NCBI GenBank assembly: GCA_945898015.1 | Contig: CAMDGM010000009.1 | Location: forward strand, 31,703-95,702 | DNA from: PVC group bacterium | Lineage (GTDB): Bacteria > Verrucomicrobiota > Kiritimatiellia > CAIKKV01 | Direction: 5' to 3' | DNA length: 64,000 nt | Part shown: piece after piece, positions 47,924 to 56,185 of the stretch | Numbering within the stretch: the stretch's first letter is position 1 | Layout: the number at the start of each line of letters is the position of its first letter | Made by a program: the position numbers and the translations under genes | The notes under the pieces: model-generated | The model's input: the letters and a program-made list of their open reading frames with translations, nothing else | The model's database searches: none | Told to the model about the DNA's origin: nothing

Positions 47924-48952
47924 TCAGAGTGTCAGCATGCGGGCCAGGCACAGCCGGGCTTCGGCGGCAAGTTCCGGCGACACCTGCACGCGATTGGCCG
48001 CAGGCCAGGTTTCCAGCACGGCGAGCAGGGTTTCGGGCGTGGTCCGGGCCATGTCGGGACAAGTGGACGGAAACAGCGGATGAATACTGAGCCGGCCGGC
48101 GTGCTCCTCGGCCAGCCGCTGAACGAGGTGGTTCTCCGTGCCAATGGCGATCTCGCTGCCGTCCGGCGCCTGGCGGACATAGTCGATGAGCTGCGTGGTG
48201 GAGCCGTGGAAGTCGCACATTCGCACCACGTCCTTGGGCGCTTCCGGGTGCACAATGACCCGCGCCGCCGGATGGCGGGCCCGGGCATGGAGAACGTGCT
48301 CCGCCGTAAAGGCGCGATGCACATGGCAGTACCCCTTCCAGACCACGATTTTTGCGCCCGCCAGCGCTTTGTCCGTCAGTCCACCCTCGGGCTTGAGCGG
48401 ATCATATACCGCCACCTGACTGTCAGGCAGCCCTAGATCATGGGCCGCGTTGACACCCAGATGTTCATCCGGCAAGAACAGGATCCGCTTGCCGGAATCC
48501 AGGACCCATTTGAAAACCCGGACGGCATTGCTGGAGGTGCAGGCGCTCCCCCCGCGACGGCCGCAAAAGGCCTTGATGGCAGCGGAGCTATTCACGTAGA
48601 CGACCGGGAGCCAGTCCCCCTTCCAAACCGGAGCCAGTCGTTTCGCGCACGCTTCCGCCTGGGAGTCGGTCGCCATGTCGGCCATGGGGCAGCCGGCGGC
48701 CGGATCAGGCATATAAACGGACTGGCCCGGCACTTTGAGGATGTCGGCGGTCTCGGCCATGAAGCGGACGCCGCAAAAAACGATTTTTTCGGCGCCGCGC
48801 TGGGCGGCGGTCCGGCGGGACAGTTCGAGAGAGTCGCCGGTGGCATCCGCATGGCGCAGGATGGCGCTGTCCTGGTAATAGTGGGCAGGGATGAACAGAC
48901 GGGCGCCCCATTCTTGGCGCAGGCGGTCAATGGCTCGCTCCACAGTGTTCAT
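47924..48952 (-). CDS. nadA: Quinolinate synthase
   Basis: AHYYQ, GDSLEL, FCGVRFMAE, AGCPMA, YVNSS, CTSSNA, GYCHVH, VHPE, GTE, CPDM. Confidence 0.96.
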   Translation of the reverse strand: MNTVERAIDRLRQEWGARLFIPAHYYQDSAILRHADATGDSLELSRRTAAQRGAEKIVFCGVRFMAETADILKVPGQSVYMPDPAAGCPMADMATDSQAEACAKRLAPVWKGDWLPVVYVNSSAAIKAFCGRRGGSACTSSNAVRVFKWVLDSGKRILFLPDEHLGVNAAHDLGLPDSQVAVYDPLKPEGGLTDKALAGAKIVVWKGYCHVHRAFTAEHVLHARARHPAARVIVHPEAPKDVVRMCDFHGSTTQLIDYVRQAPDGSEIAIGTENHLVQRLAEEHAGRLSIHPLFPSTCPDMARTTPETLLAVLETWPAANRVQVSPELAAEARLCLARMLTL

Positions 48953-49019
48953 GAATACATTCCCTTTCCCCGTATTATAGGCAGGATTATAAATAAATGA
49001 AATGGTAAGAAATGATGCC

Positions 49020-49048
49020 TTGCATCCCCACTTTAAACCTTCTATATT
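49020..49048 (+). promoter_or_regulatory. Sigma70 promoter of tRNA-Arg
   Basis: TTGCAT-17 nt-TATATT, 16 nt upstream of the tRNA. Confidence 0.6.
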
Positions 49049-49064
49049 GACTGCCTTTCAACGC

Positions 49065-49141
49065 GTACCTGTAGCTCAATTGGATAGAGCATCAGACTAC
49101 GAATCTGAGGGTTGCAGGTTCGATTCCTGCCAGGTACGCCA
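49065..49141 (+). tRNA. tRNA-Arg (anticodon ACG)
   Basis: GTACCTG acceptor stem / CAGGTAC-G-CCA; D arm GCTC/GAGC; anticodon arm TCAGA-CTACGAA-TCTGA; T arm GCAGG-TTCGATT-CCTGC. Confidence 0.98.
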
Positions 49142-49283
49142 CTAAAATCAAGCCTGTCTACGAGCTTGACCTTGTTTTGCCCTTTCCGTAATTCATAAGT
49201 GTGCCCATTTTTGCGCTGTTAATTTTCAAATTCTGATGCCGGACTCCCGCTGCAACATTGAGCACAGTCACGGGAGATTGTCG

Positions 49284-49522
49284 ATGTCCACCCTTTTCAA
49301 AAGGTCCAACAGCCCCTATTGGTTTGTCCGCTTCCAGCGTGATGGCAAGGTCCATCACATCAGCACGAAGGAAATAAAGAAATCCGAGGCGGAGAAACCC
49401 TTGATCAGGTCTATAGCTCAGGCCAGGCCTTCCGGGACACCCCTCTGCCGCCCATTGAGTGCCTGGAAATCCACATCCAAGACCACCGGATTTATACGTT
49501 ACCACACGCTACAGACATGTCG
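49284..49522 (+). pseudogene. Tyrosine integrase remnant (N-terminus plus possible C-terminal catalytic fragment; core deleted)
   Basis: MSTLFKRSNSPYWFVRFQRDGKVHHISTKEIKKSEAE resembles a phage-integrase arm domain; DLYVTTRYRHV in another frame resembles the TxxYxH box; directly 3' of a tRNA. Confidence 0.6.
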
Positions 49523-50525
49523 CCGCCTCCGCCATGGCTTCCACATTTCGTGGAGGAACATTGGCCAGCAACGCTTCATGGCTGGGGCTGACAATCAAGC
49601 GCGGTCCCAGCAGTTTCCGGATTCGCAACACCTCCGCCCTCACTTCGTCAGGAGTCGCATGAACCAAAAGATGTTGCGTATCAACCCCACCCATGAAGGC
49701 GATACGCCCTTTGAAATCACGTGCCAACGTCCCGGCGTCCATGTTCGCCGCCAGCGCTTGCAACGGGTGGAGACAATCCACTCCGGCGGCAATCAGGCGA
49801 TCAACCACTTTGTGAATCGCTCCGCAGGAATGGAGAATGGCCTGATAGCCATGCCGGTGCGCCTGCTGCGTGAACCGCTCGAACCACGGAAGGATGAATT
49901 GATCAAACTGGGCCGGCCCACAGATGAGATCAAGCTGGGTGCCGAAATCGTTGCCAAAAAAGAACCCGTCAACCTTATCTCCGGCGACCGCGAAAAACCG
50001 CTCGTTTGCTTCGTGGTAAAAACCGCACACCCGGTCCGTCACCGCCTGCACCACTTCGGGATGTGTATACATCTTGACCATGTAGCTCTCCATGCCGAAA
50101 AGATCCATGATGTTGTGATAAAAACACGTCCAAAAGCCGCTGGCCCTGTACACCTCTCCCGCTTGGCCCAAGGCGTCGAGACAGGAATCAAAGTCCAGAT
50201 AATCCGGATTCGGCCAAGAAAACGCCTCAACTTCGCTAACCGTCTCACACTCTGCAAGCGGGCCCGGCGTCCCGTGGGCGTTTTTCTTCAGTCCCCCATC
50301 AAACATCGCCCGACCGGCCGGATCCCGGTAGACATCAGGAAAGAACTGCGGACAGACCCAGACCAGATCGTCACCCAGTTTCTGCCGCAGTTCCTGCTCC
50401 GTGGTGGTGTGAAAATACCGATGCAATGCCGGCCAACTCTCCTCATGCGGATTGCCCATCCAAAATCCACAACGATCCGCCGGCTCTCCGGCAATAATGG
50501 CCTTGATTCTTTGCCTGCTGTTCAT
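49509..50525 (-). CDS. Uroporphyrinogen decarboxylase-superfamily (MtaA/CmuA-like) protein
   Basis: MNSRQRI...EPADR, WP, NDFGTQ, LHSCG, LHPLQ, GGVDTQ, SPSH; alternative start 50543. Confidence 0.85.
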   Translation of the reverse strand: MNSRQRIKAIIAGEPADRCGFWMGNPHEESWPALHRYFHTTTEQELRQKLGDDLVWVCPQFFPDVYRDPAGRAMFDGGLKKNAHGTPGPLAECETVSEVEAFSWPNPDYLDFDSCLDALGQAGEVYRASGFWTCFYHNIMDLFGMESYMVKMYTHPEVVQAVTDRVCGFYHEANERFFAVAGDKVDGFFFGNDFGTQLDLICGPAQFDQFILPWFERFTQQAHRHGYQAILHSCGAIHKVVDRLIAAGVDCLHPLQALAANMDAGTLARDFKGRIAFMGGVDTQHLLVHATPDEVRAEVLRIRKLLGPRLIVSPSHEALLANVPPRNVEAMAEAATCL

Positions 50526-50628
50526 TTCGAATGTCACTCTCATCTCGTCTATAATGTTATACGCCCTCTAAATCGTAGATAACCGAACTGTCCGGGGAAC
50601 GCCCCCTGTTTGAGAGCGTTCCTTCCGG

Positions 50629-50835
50629 TTATTCGACCACGCGCCGGTCCGGCAACAATTGCAGCATGCCTCGGACGCCGTTGAAATTGGTGCCCGCTAT
50701 GGTGAGACGCCCCTGATGGCTGATGATCCCGGGCACCTGTGCGCTCGTGTGGCCCGCCCAGGCACAGAGGAAGAGGACGGCTCCGACCCCGCTGGAACAC
50801 CTGCGACACCACGTCCGGGTCAACGGCTGCGCCAT
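50629..50835 (-). pseudogene. Truncated N-terminus of a secreted protein
   Basis: Signal peptide, then AQVPGIISHQGRLTIAGTNFNG, then an abrupt stop; resembles the start of large secreted surface/tail-fibre-like proteins. Confidence 0.45.
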
Positions 50836-51102
50836 GGAAAAAAAGTCGACAGCGCTGACGTTGCCGCTGTAATCCTGACTCTTCATGGAATAACTCACCG
50901 TTTCCTCGTGGGGAAAGCCAAGCCCTTGAACGCAAATCATTAAAAGCTCTACATAGTTAGACAAAAATCACACATAAATGCGCCGCTGTCACGATCAAAC
51001 GGAGCTTACCAATAACCATCATCAACCGTTCAAAAACAGGTTCTCCCTTGACCGGCAAGGCACGCTTCCAGATAATACCAGCTTTATCAACCGGGTGAGT
51101 TC

Positions 51103-52392
51103 ATGGCGGTCCCATCGGCCCCTTCATCTTCGTCAACGCGGCTTTCTCTGGAATCGTTCAACTGGAACGCTTCCCTCCGAAGCATTTTCGACACGGTCTG
51201 CGGCATGTCGGGCTTCGTATTTGTGACCTTCACGCTCGCCCTCGGCATCCCCAAGGAACGGCTTGGCGTCATCGCCTCCATCGCGAGTTTCGCGTGCCTG
51301 TTCCAAATGCTGGGGCTCATAACCCTGAAAAACATCGGCGATAAAAAGCGATACGCTATCCGTCTGGGCGTGCTGGAGCCCCTGCTCCTGATCATCACCG
51401 TGCTGCTGCTTCCGTTCCTCCCCCCGGGGCTCCGATTTCCCGTCCTGTGCATCGCCGTCTTTGTCACAGCGGCGGCCATTAATTTAACCCGCCCGATCAC
51501 GGACGACTGGCTGGCCTCCTCCATCCCGGGAAGCCTCCGCGGCCGCTACCTGGGCAAGCGCATGCAGATCTCGAGCCTGATCCTGATCCTCGCGCTAGCG
51601 GGATCCGGATTCCTGGCCCGCCAACTCTCCAAAGACGACCCGTTCTCCTACGCCTTGTTCCTCACCGCAGGCGCCTTGTTCGGAATCCTGGCCGCCGTCT
51701 CCCTGCGGCGCGCCCACCTTCCCGATGTCCCGGGAGTGGATTCTTTTTCCTGGTCGGCTTTCCCCGGCATTCTCCGGAATAAACTCTTCCGAAGCTGCGT
51801 GCTGATTAACATCGTCTACAACATCCCGTTCTGGTTCGCCATGCCGTTTTACCAGGTCTTCTACCTCCGCGTCCTGCACATGAACGAAATCGCCATCGCC
51901 GGCATGCTCGGCCTCTATTACGTGTTCAAAATCATGTTCTCCCCCATGATCGGCCGCTGGATCTCCCGCTTCGGGGCCAGGGCCATCTTTTTCTGGGTCA
52001 CGATTCCCTATCTCTATCTCTTCTTCTCGTTCTCCCTCTGCACCCCCGAGCGCACCTGGCCACTCTGGCTGGGATGGATCGGAGCCAGTCTCGCGGACGC
52101 CGCCTTCTCGCTCACGCTCACCTCCGTCCTGTATGAATCCATTCCCCGGTCCGGTCCGCGGCGCGCCTATTTCGTGGCCAACAACCTCTTCTCCTTCGCT
52201 GCGGCCGGAACCCTGACCGCCTGCGCCACCCTGCTGGCCGAGGCCTTGAAAGACCGCGTGCTGGACTTCGGAACCTGGCATCTCGGACAATTCCACATCC
52301 TTTACCTGATCTGCGCCGCCGCCCTGATCCCCCTGGGGTTCGGAAGCGCCTTTTTCCTGCCCGCCCGGAAGCGAAAGGCACAGGCCTCATGA
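51103..52392 (+). CDS. Major facilitator superfamily transporter
   Basis: About 12 hydrophobic helices, IPGSLRGRYLGKR, GRWISRFGAR. Confidence 0.85.
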   Translation: MAVPSAPSSSSTRLSLESFNWNASLRSIFDTVCGMSGFVFVTFTLALGIPKERLGVIASIASFACLFQMLGLITLKNIGDKKRYAIRLGVLEPLLLIITVLLLPFLPPGLRFPVLCIAVFVTAAAINLTRPITDDWLASSIPGSLRGRYLGKRMQISSLILILALAGSGFLARQLSKDDPFSYALFLTAGALFGILAAVSLRRAHLPDVPGVDSFSWSAFPGILRNKLFRSCVLINIVYNIPFWFAMPFYQVFYLRVLHMNEIAIAGMLGLYYVFKIMFSPMIGRWISRFGARAIFFWVTIPYLYLFFSFSLCTPERTWPLWLGWIGASLADAAFSLTLTSVLYESIPRSGPRRAYFVANNLFSFAAAGTLTACATLLAEALKDRVLDFGTWHLGQFHILYLICAAALIPLGFGSAFFLPARKRKAQAS

Positions 52393-52597
52393 ATGTCATC
52401 CCGCACACCCGACTCTACCGCCTCCTGGTGCTTGAAAGCGCGGGGAGCGAGATCCAGGTCGCCCTGACGCTCGGTTCATGCTGATTACGACCGTGCCGCC
52501 GCCCGCCACGATCACCTCGAACACGCCCGCCTACACCGCCTTCCCGCCTTTTAAAGAGTCCACGGGCCGTCCAAACGGATGACAGCGCCAGCGTCAC

Positions 52598-53008
52598 TCA
52601 TTTCAGAATGCAATTCTCGCGGGTAATCTGGGAACTGCGTTCCGTGTATTGGTGAAACTCGATCCGTACGCCGCTGGGGTCCGTGGTCCAGAATTGCCAG
52701 CTGTTATCGGCCCCGAGCTTTTTCGGCGTCGCTTCGTAGCCGTTTTCCGTGAGGCGCCTGGCAATCGGATCGAGGTCATCAGCCTCCACGCAGAAATGCG
52801 TGATGGGGCTGACCGCCTGGGCGTCGACCCCGTCCCGCTGGAAGATCTCGATAAACGAGCCCGGAACCAGTTCCAGGTAGAACCCGGCAACGCGATCATT
52901 GCGGATGAAGTCGAAGACTTTCTTCAGCCCCAGCCCGTTGCAGTAGAAACGCTCCGCCGCGCCCAGATCGACCGCCAGCAAACAGACATGCGCAAAGCCC
53001 TTGATCAT
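52598..53008 (-). CDS. VOC/glyoxalase-family protein
   Basis: GFAHVCL, FYCNGLGL, FIEIF, ITHFCVE, DPSGVRIEF. Confidence 0.9.
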   Translation of the reverse strand: MIKGFAHVCLLAVDLGAAERFYCNGLGLKKVFDFIRNDRVAGFYLELVPGSFIEIFQRDGVDAQAVSPITHFCVEADDLDPIARRLTENGYEATPKKLGADNSWQFWTTDPSGVRIEFHQYTERSSQITRENCILK

Positions 53009-53126
53009 GATTCTTTCCTTTATACGGCACGAGGCGACCGAGGTCACTAAGGAATGGTCGACTCGATTGACCGGAAACCAATTTGCCCAATTAGATTAGC
53101 GCCTGGCAAGAACTATTACCGGTTTG

Positions 53127-54404
53127 TTATACTCCGCTGGCAACTGCTTTCTCGGGTGACACGGCGGAGAGAGTGGACAGCCAGTTCCACGGCAAGGCCA
53201 CGACATCGGGCGTAATCCGGCGGGGCTTCTCGACCGCACAGACAAGAAGGCCGGGCGCCAGGGAAACTAACGGGTGGGCGACCTTGAAAGCCGCCAGCCC
53301 CGAACAATCGCGTGGACGGGGGTTGCTCGTCAGCTTGATCTCCACGGGAAACAGGCAACCGTCCCGCTCCAGAATCAAATCCACTTCCGCGCCGCCGGCC
53401 GCCCGCCAATGCCAGAATCCGGGACGCACGCTCAAGGCGTCGGCCTGGCGCCAGATATCGTTGATGATCGCCGTTTCGAACAGCGCGCCAAAAAGGGGAT
53501 GCCCGGGCAAACCCAGCGGTGACGAAATGCGTTGCCCGTGACAAATGAGCCCCGTGTCCGACAAATACCCTTTAGGCTTGGAAGAAACGCGTTTAACGGC
53601 ATTGCCTTTCCAGGCTGGAACTTCGAACCATTGAAACGTCCCAGCCAGGATGTCCAGCCATTTTCGGGCTGTCCGGGGGGTGACTCCAATCTCCCGCCCC
53701 AGTTGACTGATGTTGACCTCCTGGGCGCTCAAGGATCCGGCCAACCGCAGAAAAAGGCTGAACTGCTGCCAGTCGGAAAGCTCGGCCATCAGCCGGGCAT
53801 CCCGCTCAATATAGGTCCTTTGGTAGGAATCCCAAAAGGCAGGAATCAAGTCGTTGGCGACCGTCAGGACACCGGGAAGCGTTCCCCTCCAGATCCAGTT
53901 GACGGGCGTTTCCATATATCGAAAACCCGGAAACTGTTCCAGCCGGCCCTGCGGGTCAGCAAGCCAATCGGCAAGCCAGCCCGCTTGAGGAGCATCCGCC
54001 AACTCGGCCAGACTCAACCCATGCAAGTCGATGAACACCGCCCGCCCGGCAAGGCTCTCGGCAAGAACGCGCATGACCTGCCACTGTTGGGAACCGGTCA
54101 AAATGTATTGCCCTGGCGCATCGCCGTTCCGATCCACACGGCGCTTCAGCGCCGCCACCAATTCCGGGGCATATTGAATCTCGTCGAAAATGGCGGGTGA
54201 CGGATGATTATCGAGAAAAAAATCAGGATCCGCGCGGACATGTTCCACATCTTCCACAGGATCAAAGGTAATAAAATCACGGTCCGGAAAAAGCTTCCGC
54301 AAGAGAGTTGTCTTTCCGGTCTGCCTCGCTCCGCTAAGCACGACAACACGAAAGCTCTCGACCGCCTTCTTGATCTTCCCTTGAATAGACCTCTCTTTAT
54401 ACAT
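53127..54404 (-). CDS. AAA_14 ATPase with DUF4143 (PD-(D/E)XK-like) C-terminal domain
   Basis: GARQTGKTT, FDEIQ, LTGS, ESLAGR, TYIERD, PKGYLSDTG, EVDLILE...PVEIK. Confidence 0.9.
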   Translation of the reverse strand: MYKERSIQGKIKKAVESFRVVVLSGARQTGKTTLLRKLFPDRDFITFDPVEDVEHVRADPDFFLDNHPSPAIFDEIQYAPELVAALKRRVDRNGDAPGQYILTGSQQWQVMRVLAESLAGRAVFIDLHGLSLAELADAPQAGWLADWLADPQGRLEQFPGFRYMETPVNWIWRGTLPGVLTVANDLIPAFWDSYQRTYIERDARLMAELSDWQQFSLFLRLAGSLSAQEVNISQLGREIGVTPRTARKWLDILAGTFQWFEVPAWKGNAVKRVSSKPKGYLSDTGLICHGQRISSPLGLPGHPLFGALFETAIINDIWRQADALSVRPGFWHWRAAGGAEVDLILERDGCLFPVEIKLTSNPRPRDCSGLAAFKVAHPLVSLAPGLLVCAVEKPRRITPDVVALPWNWLSTLSAVSPEKAVASGV

Positions 54405-54539
54405 ACCTGTCATTCTGATACTGCGGGTATCATTAAGCAAGTATATTAATGATTAATTTTTCGTAGGGGGCTGCAGAGAGACCACGAGGAACAGCAGCCC
54501 GAAAGAGCCGACCGCCAAGACGCTTTCTAAATCCGGCGT

Positions 54540-54566
54540 TCCGTCAGATCCGTCAGATCCGTCAGA
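54540..54566. repeat. Tandem repeat TCCGTCAGA x3
   Basis: Three exact 9-nt units in an intergenic region. Confidence 0.9.
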
Positions 54567-54700
54567 ACAGCGTTCGACCCGCCCGCCTCCGAACGCCGCA
54601 GAAACCAGGTTCCCAATGCACGGGGCGACAACGGCGCCATCGATAGAATCTGGCCTATCGCGGCTCGTCTCGATGCTCATATTCATGCGTGACGGCCCCC

Positions 54701-55213
54701 TCACTCGACCGAAAAGATCTCGAAGGTTTGCAGGGCGGGGCCAACCTTCAGCTCGAACGATTCGCCCGCCTTTTTCCCGGAAAGGGCCTGGCCCAGCGGG
54801 GACTGGACCGTCACCACGGTGATCTCTTCCCCGTCCACAACCAGTGTCTCGCCGCCGGCCGCCGACCCGAACAGGAGGGTGCTCGAGGTTCCGCTGCCGG
54901 CCTTCAGGCGGATCAGGGCGCCGAACTGGACCGGGCTGCCCTTCGGCAGTTCGTTCACCGGCAGCATCTGCAGCGACTCCAACGCGGCGGCCAGATCCTT
55001 CACGCGCCTGGCCTGCCCCCGGGCCAGGAACGACTCCTCCAGCTTGAAGGTGTCATACTTGTGCTCCGAGCGGTTCGCCTCGTCCGTGGCGGAGGCAAAC
55101 GACGATTTCGCCGATGCCGTGATCGCGTCCAGTTCCTGCCGCAACTGGTCGAGGAAACGCTGGTGGATCTCAGGCTTGGTGACGGGCCGTGCTCGTGGAC
55201 GTGTTTTTTTCAT
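54701..55213 (-). CDS. GreA/GreB-family elongation factor-like protein
   Basis: EHKYDTFKLEESFLARGQARRV; VQFGALI; SPLGQALSGKKAGE. Confidence 0.85.
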   Translation of the reverse strand: MKKTRPRARPVTKPEIHQRFLDQLRQELDAITASAKSSFASATDEANRSEHKYDTFKLEESFLARGQARRVKDLAAALESLQMLPVNELPKGSPVQFGALIRLKAGSGTSSTLLFGSAAGGETLVVDGEEITVVTVQSPLGQALSGKKAGESFELKVGPALQTFEIFSVE

Positions 55214-55268
55214 AAAGAGAAAGATGATCGCAGGTTTGCCGGCTGTGGGGGCCAAGGCTTAGCCGTCC

Positions 55269-56138
55269 CTATTTCGGTATCTCGGCGATCCGGAACGTGC
55301 TGATCAGGTGGATCATCACGAAATAGTATTTCCTGAACAGGTTCTTCGGCGCGGTATAGCTGATCATGTAATAATACGGTTCATGGTCGATTATCGACTG
55401 CATCTGCTGGTACGCATTTCCGCCGGGCGTCTCAAAACTGGCAACCAGATAGGTCGCCGTGTTTCCGTTCAAATCCCCCGTGTTGCTCTGAATCAGCTTG
55501 AATTCGTTCATGGCCTTCCACTGCGACACAATCTCATCGGCCTCACCCTGGAGCGTGCTCCCGGGCTTCTTGTTGATGATCTGGAAATTTACCGTCGCGT
55601 CATACTCTTCGGTGCCCTTGGCTCCGCAGAATAGAGCCGTGTCGTCCTTGACCTGCGACTCCCAGTGCGCGGGCAGCTCGGCAACAAACCCGAACTTCTT
55701 GTTCACATACTTGTCGTATTTGAGCCCCGCAGGGCCGGCCGCGGCCTCTTCGCCGGACTGGGGATCCCAATCCTTCAGGGGTGACACGACTGGCAGCGCC
55801 GGCTTATCCGGGACACCGGTGTTTGCCCCGCTGCTGACATCCTTCTTTTCCCCGTCCCCGGACGACCCGATAATGCCAAGCACAACAAGTATGCCAAGGA
55901 TGCCCGTCACCACCAGCACAACGGGCATACATCCCCGCTTCTTCGCAGGGCCGGAAGGACTTTCCGTTACCGCCGCCACGGCATTCTTGATGTCCTGTTT
56001 TGTAACGAGTTCCTTGTCCGCATTGAAAACACCATTCACCAGGAACTCCGCAGGCATGTCCTTCGCATTCCTATAGGTCCCCGTCTTGGAGCCATACCTA
56101 ATGACGCCTAGTTTTCGAAGAATATCGATAACGCTCAT
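55269..56138 (-). CDS. Membrane-anchored protein with PsbP-like C-terminal domain
   Basis: Single TM helix (GCMPVVLVVTGILGILVVLGIIG); YVNKKFGFVAELPAHW; YMISYTAP. Confidence 0.65.
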   Translation of the reverse strand: MSVIDILRKLGVIRYGSKTGTYRNAKDMPAEFLVNGVFNADKELVTKQDIKNAVAAVTESPSGPAKKRGCMPVVLVVTGILGILVVLGIIGSSGDGEKKDVSSGANTGVPDKPALPVVSPLKDWDPQSGEEAAAGPAGLKYDKYVNKKFGFVAELPAHWESQVKDDTALFCGAKGTEEYDATVNFQIINKKPGSTLQGEADEIVSQWKAMNEFKLIQSNTGDLNGNTATYLVASFETPGGNAYQQMQSIIDHEPYYYMISYTAPKNLFRKYYFVMIHLISTFRIAEIPK

Positions 56139-56185
56139 ACTTGCTCCGTTTTGTTGTCAACCGGTCCAGAGGTCAAGCCTGCTAA

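Noticed and set aside
47924-48952. nadA and nadC separated and nadB absent
   Set aside because: Dispersed nad genes are common; nadB may lie outside the window
49236-50582. 448-aa plus-strand ORF starting with integrase-like residues
   Set aside because: Beyond about 60 aa it is the antisense shadow of the URO-D-like gene
54453-54704. 83-aa ORF containing SDGSDGSDG
   Set aside because: No recognisable domain; explained by the tandem repeat
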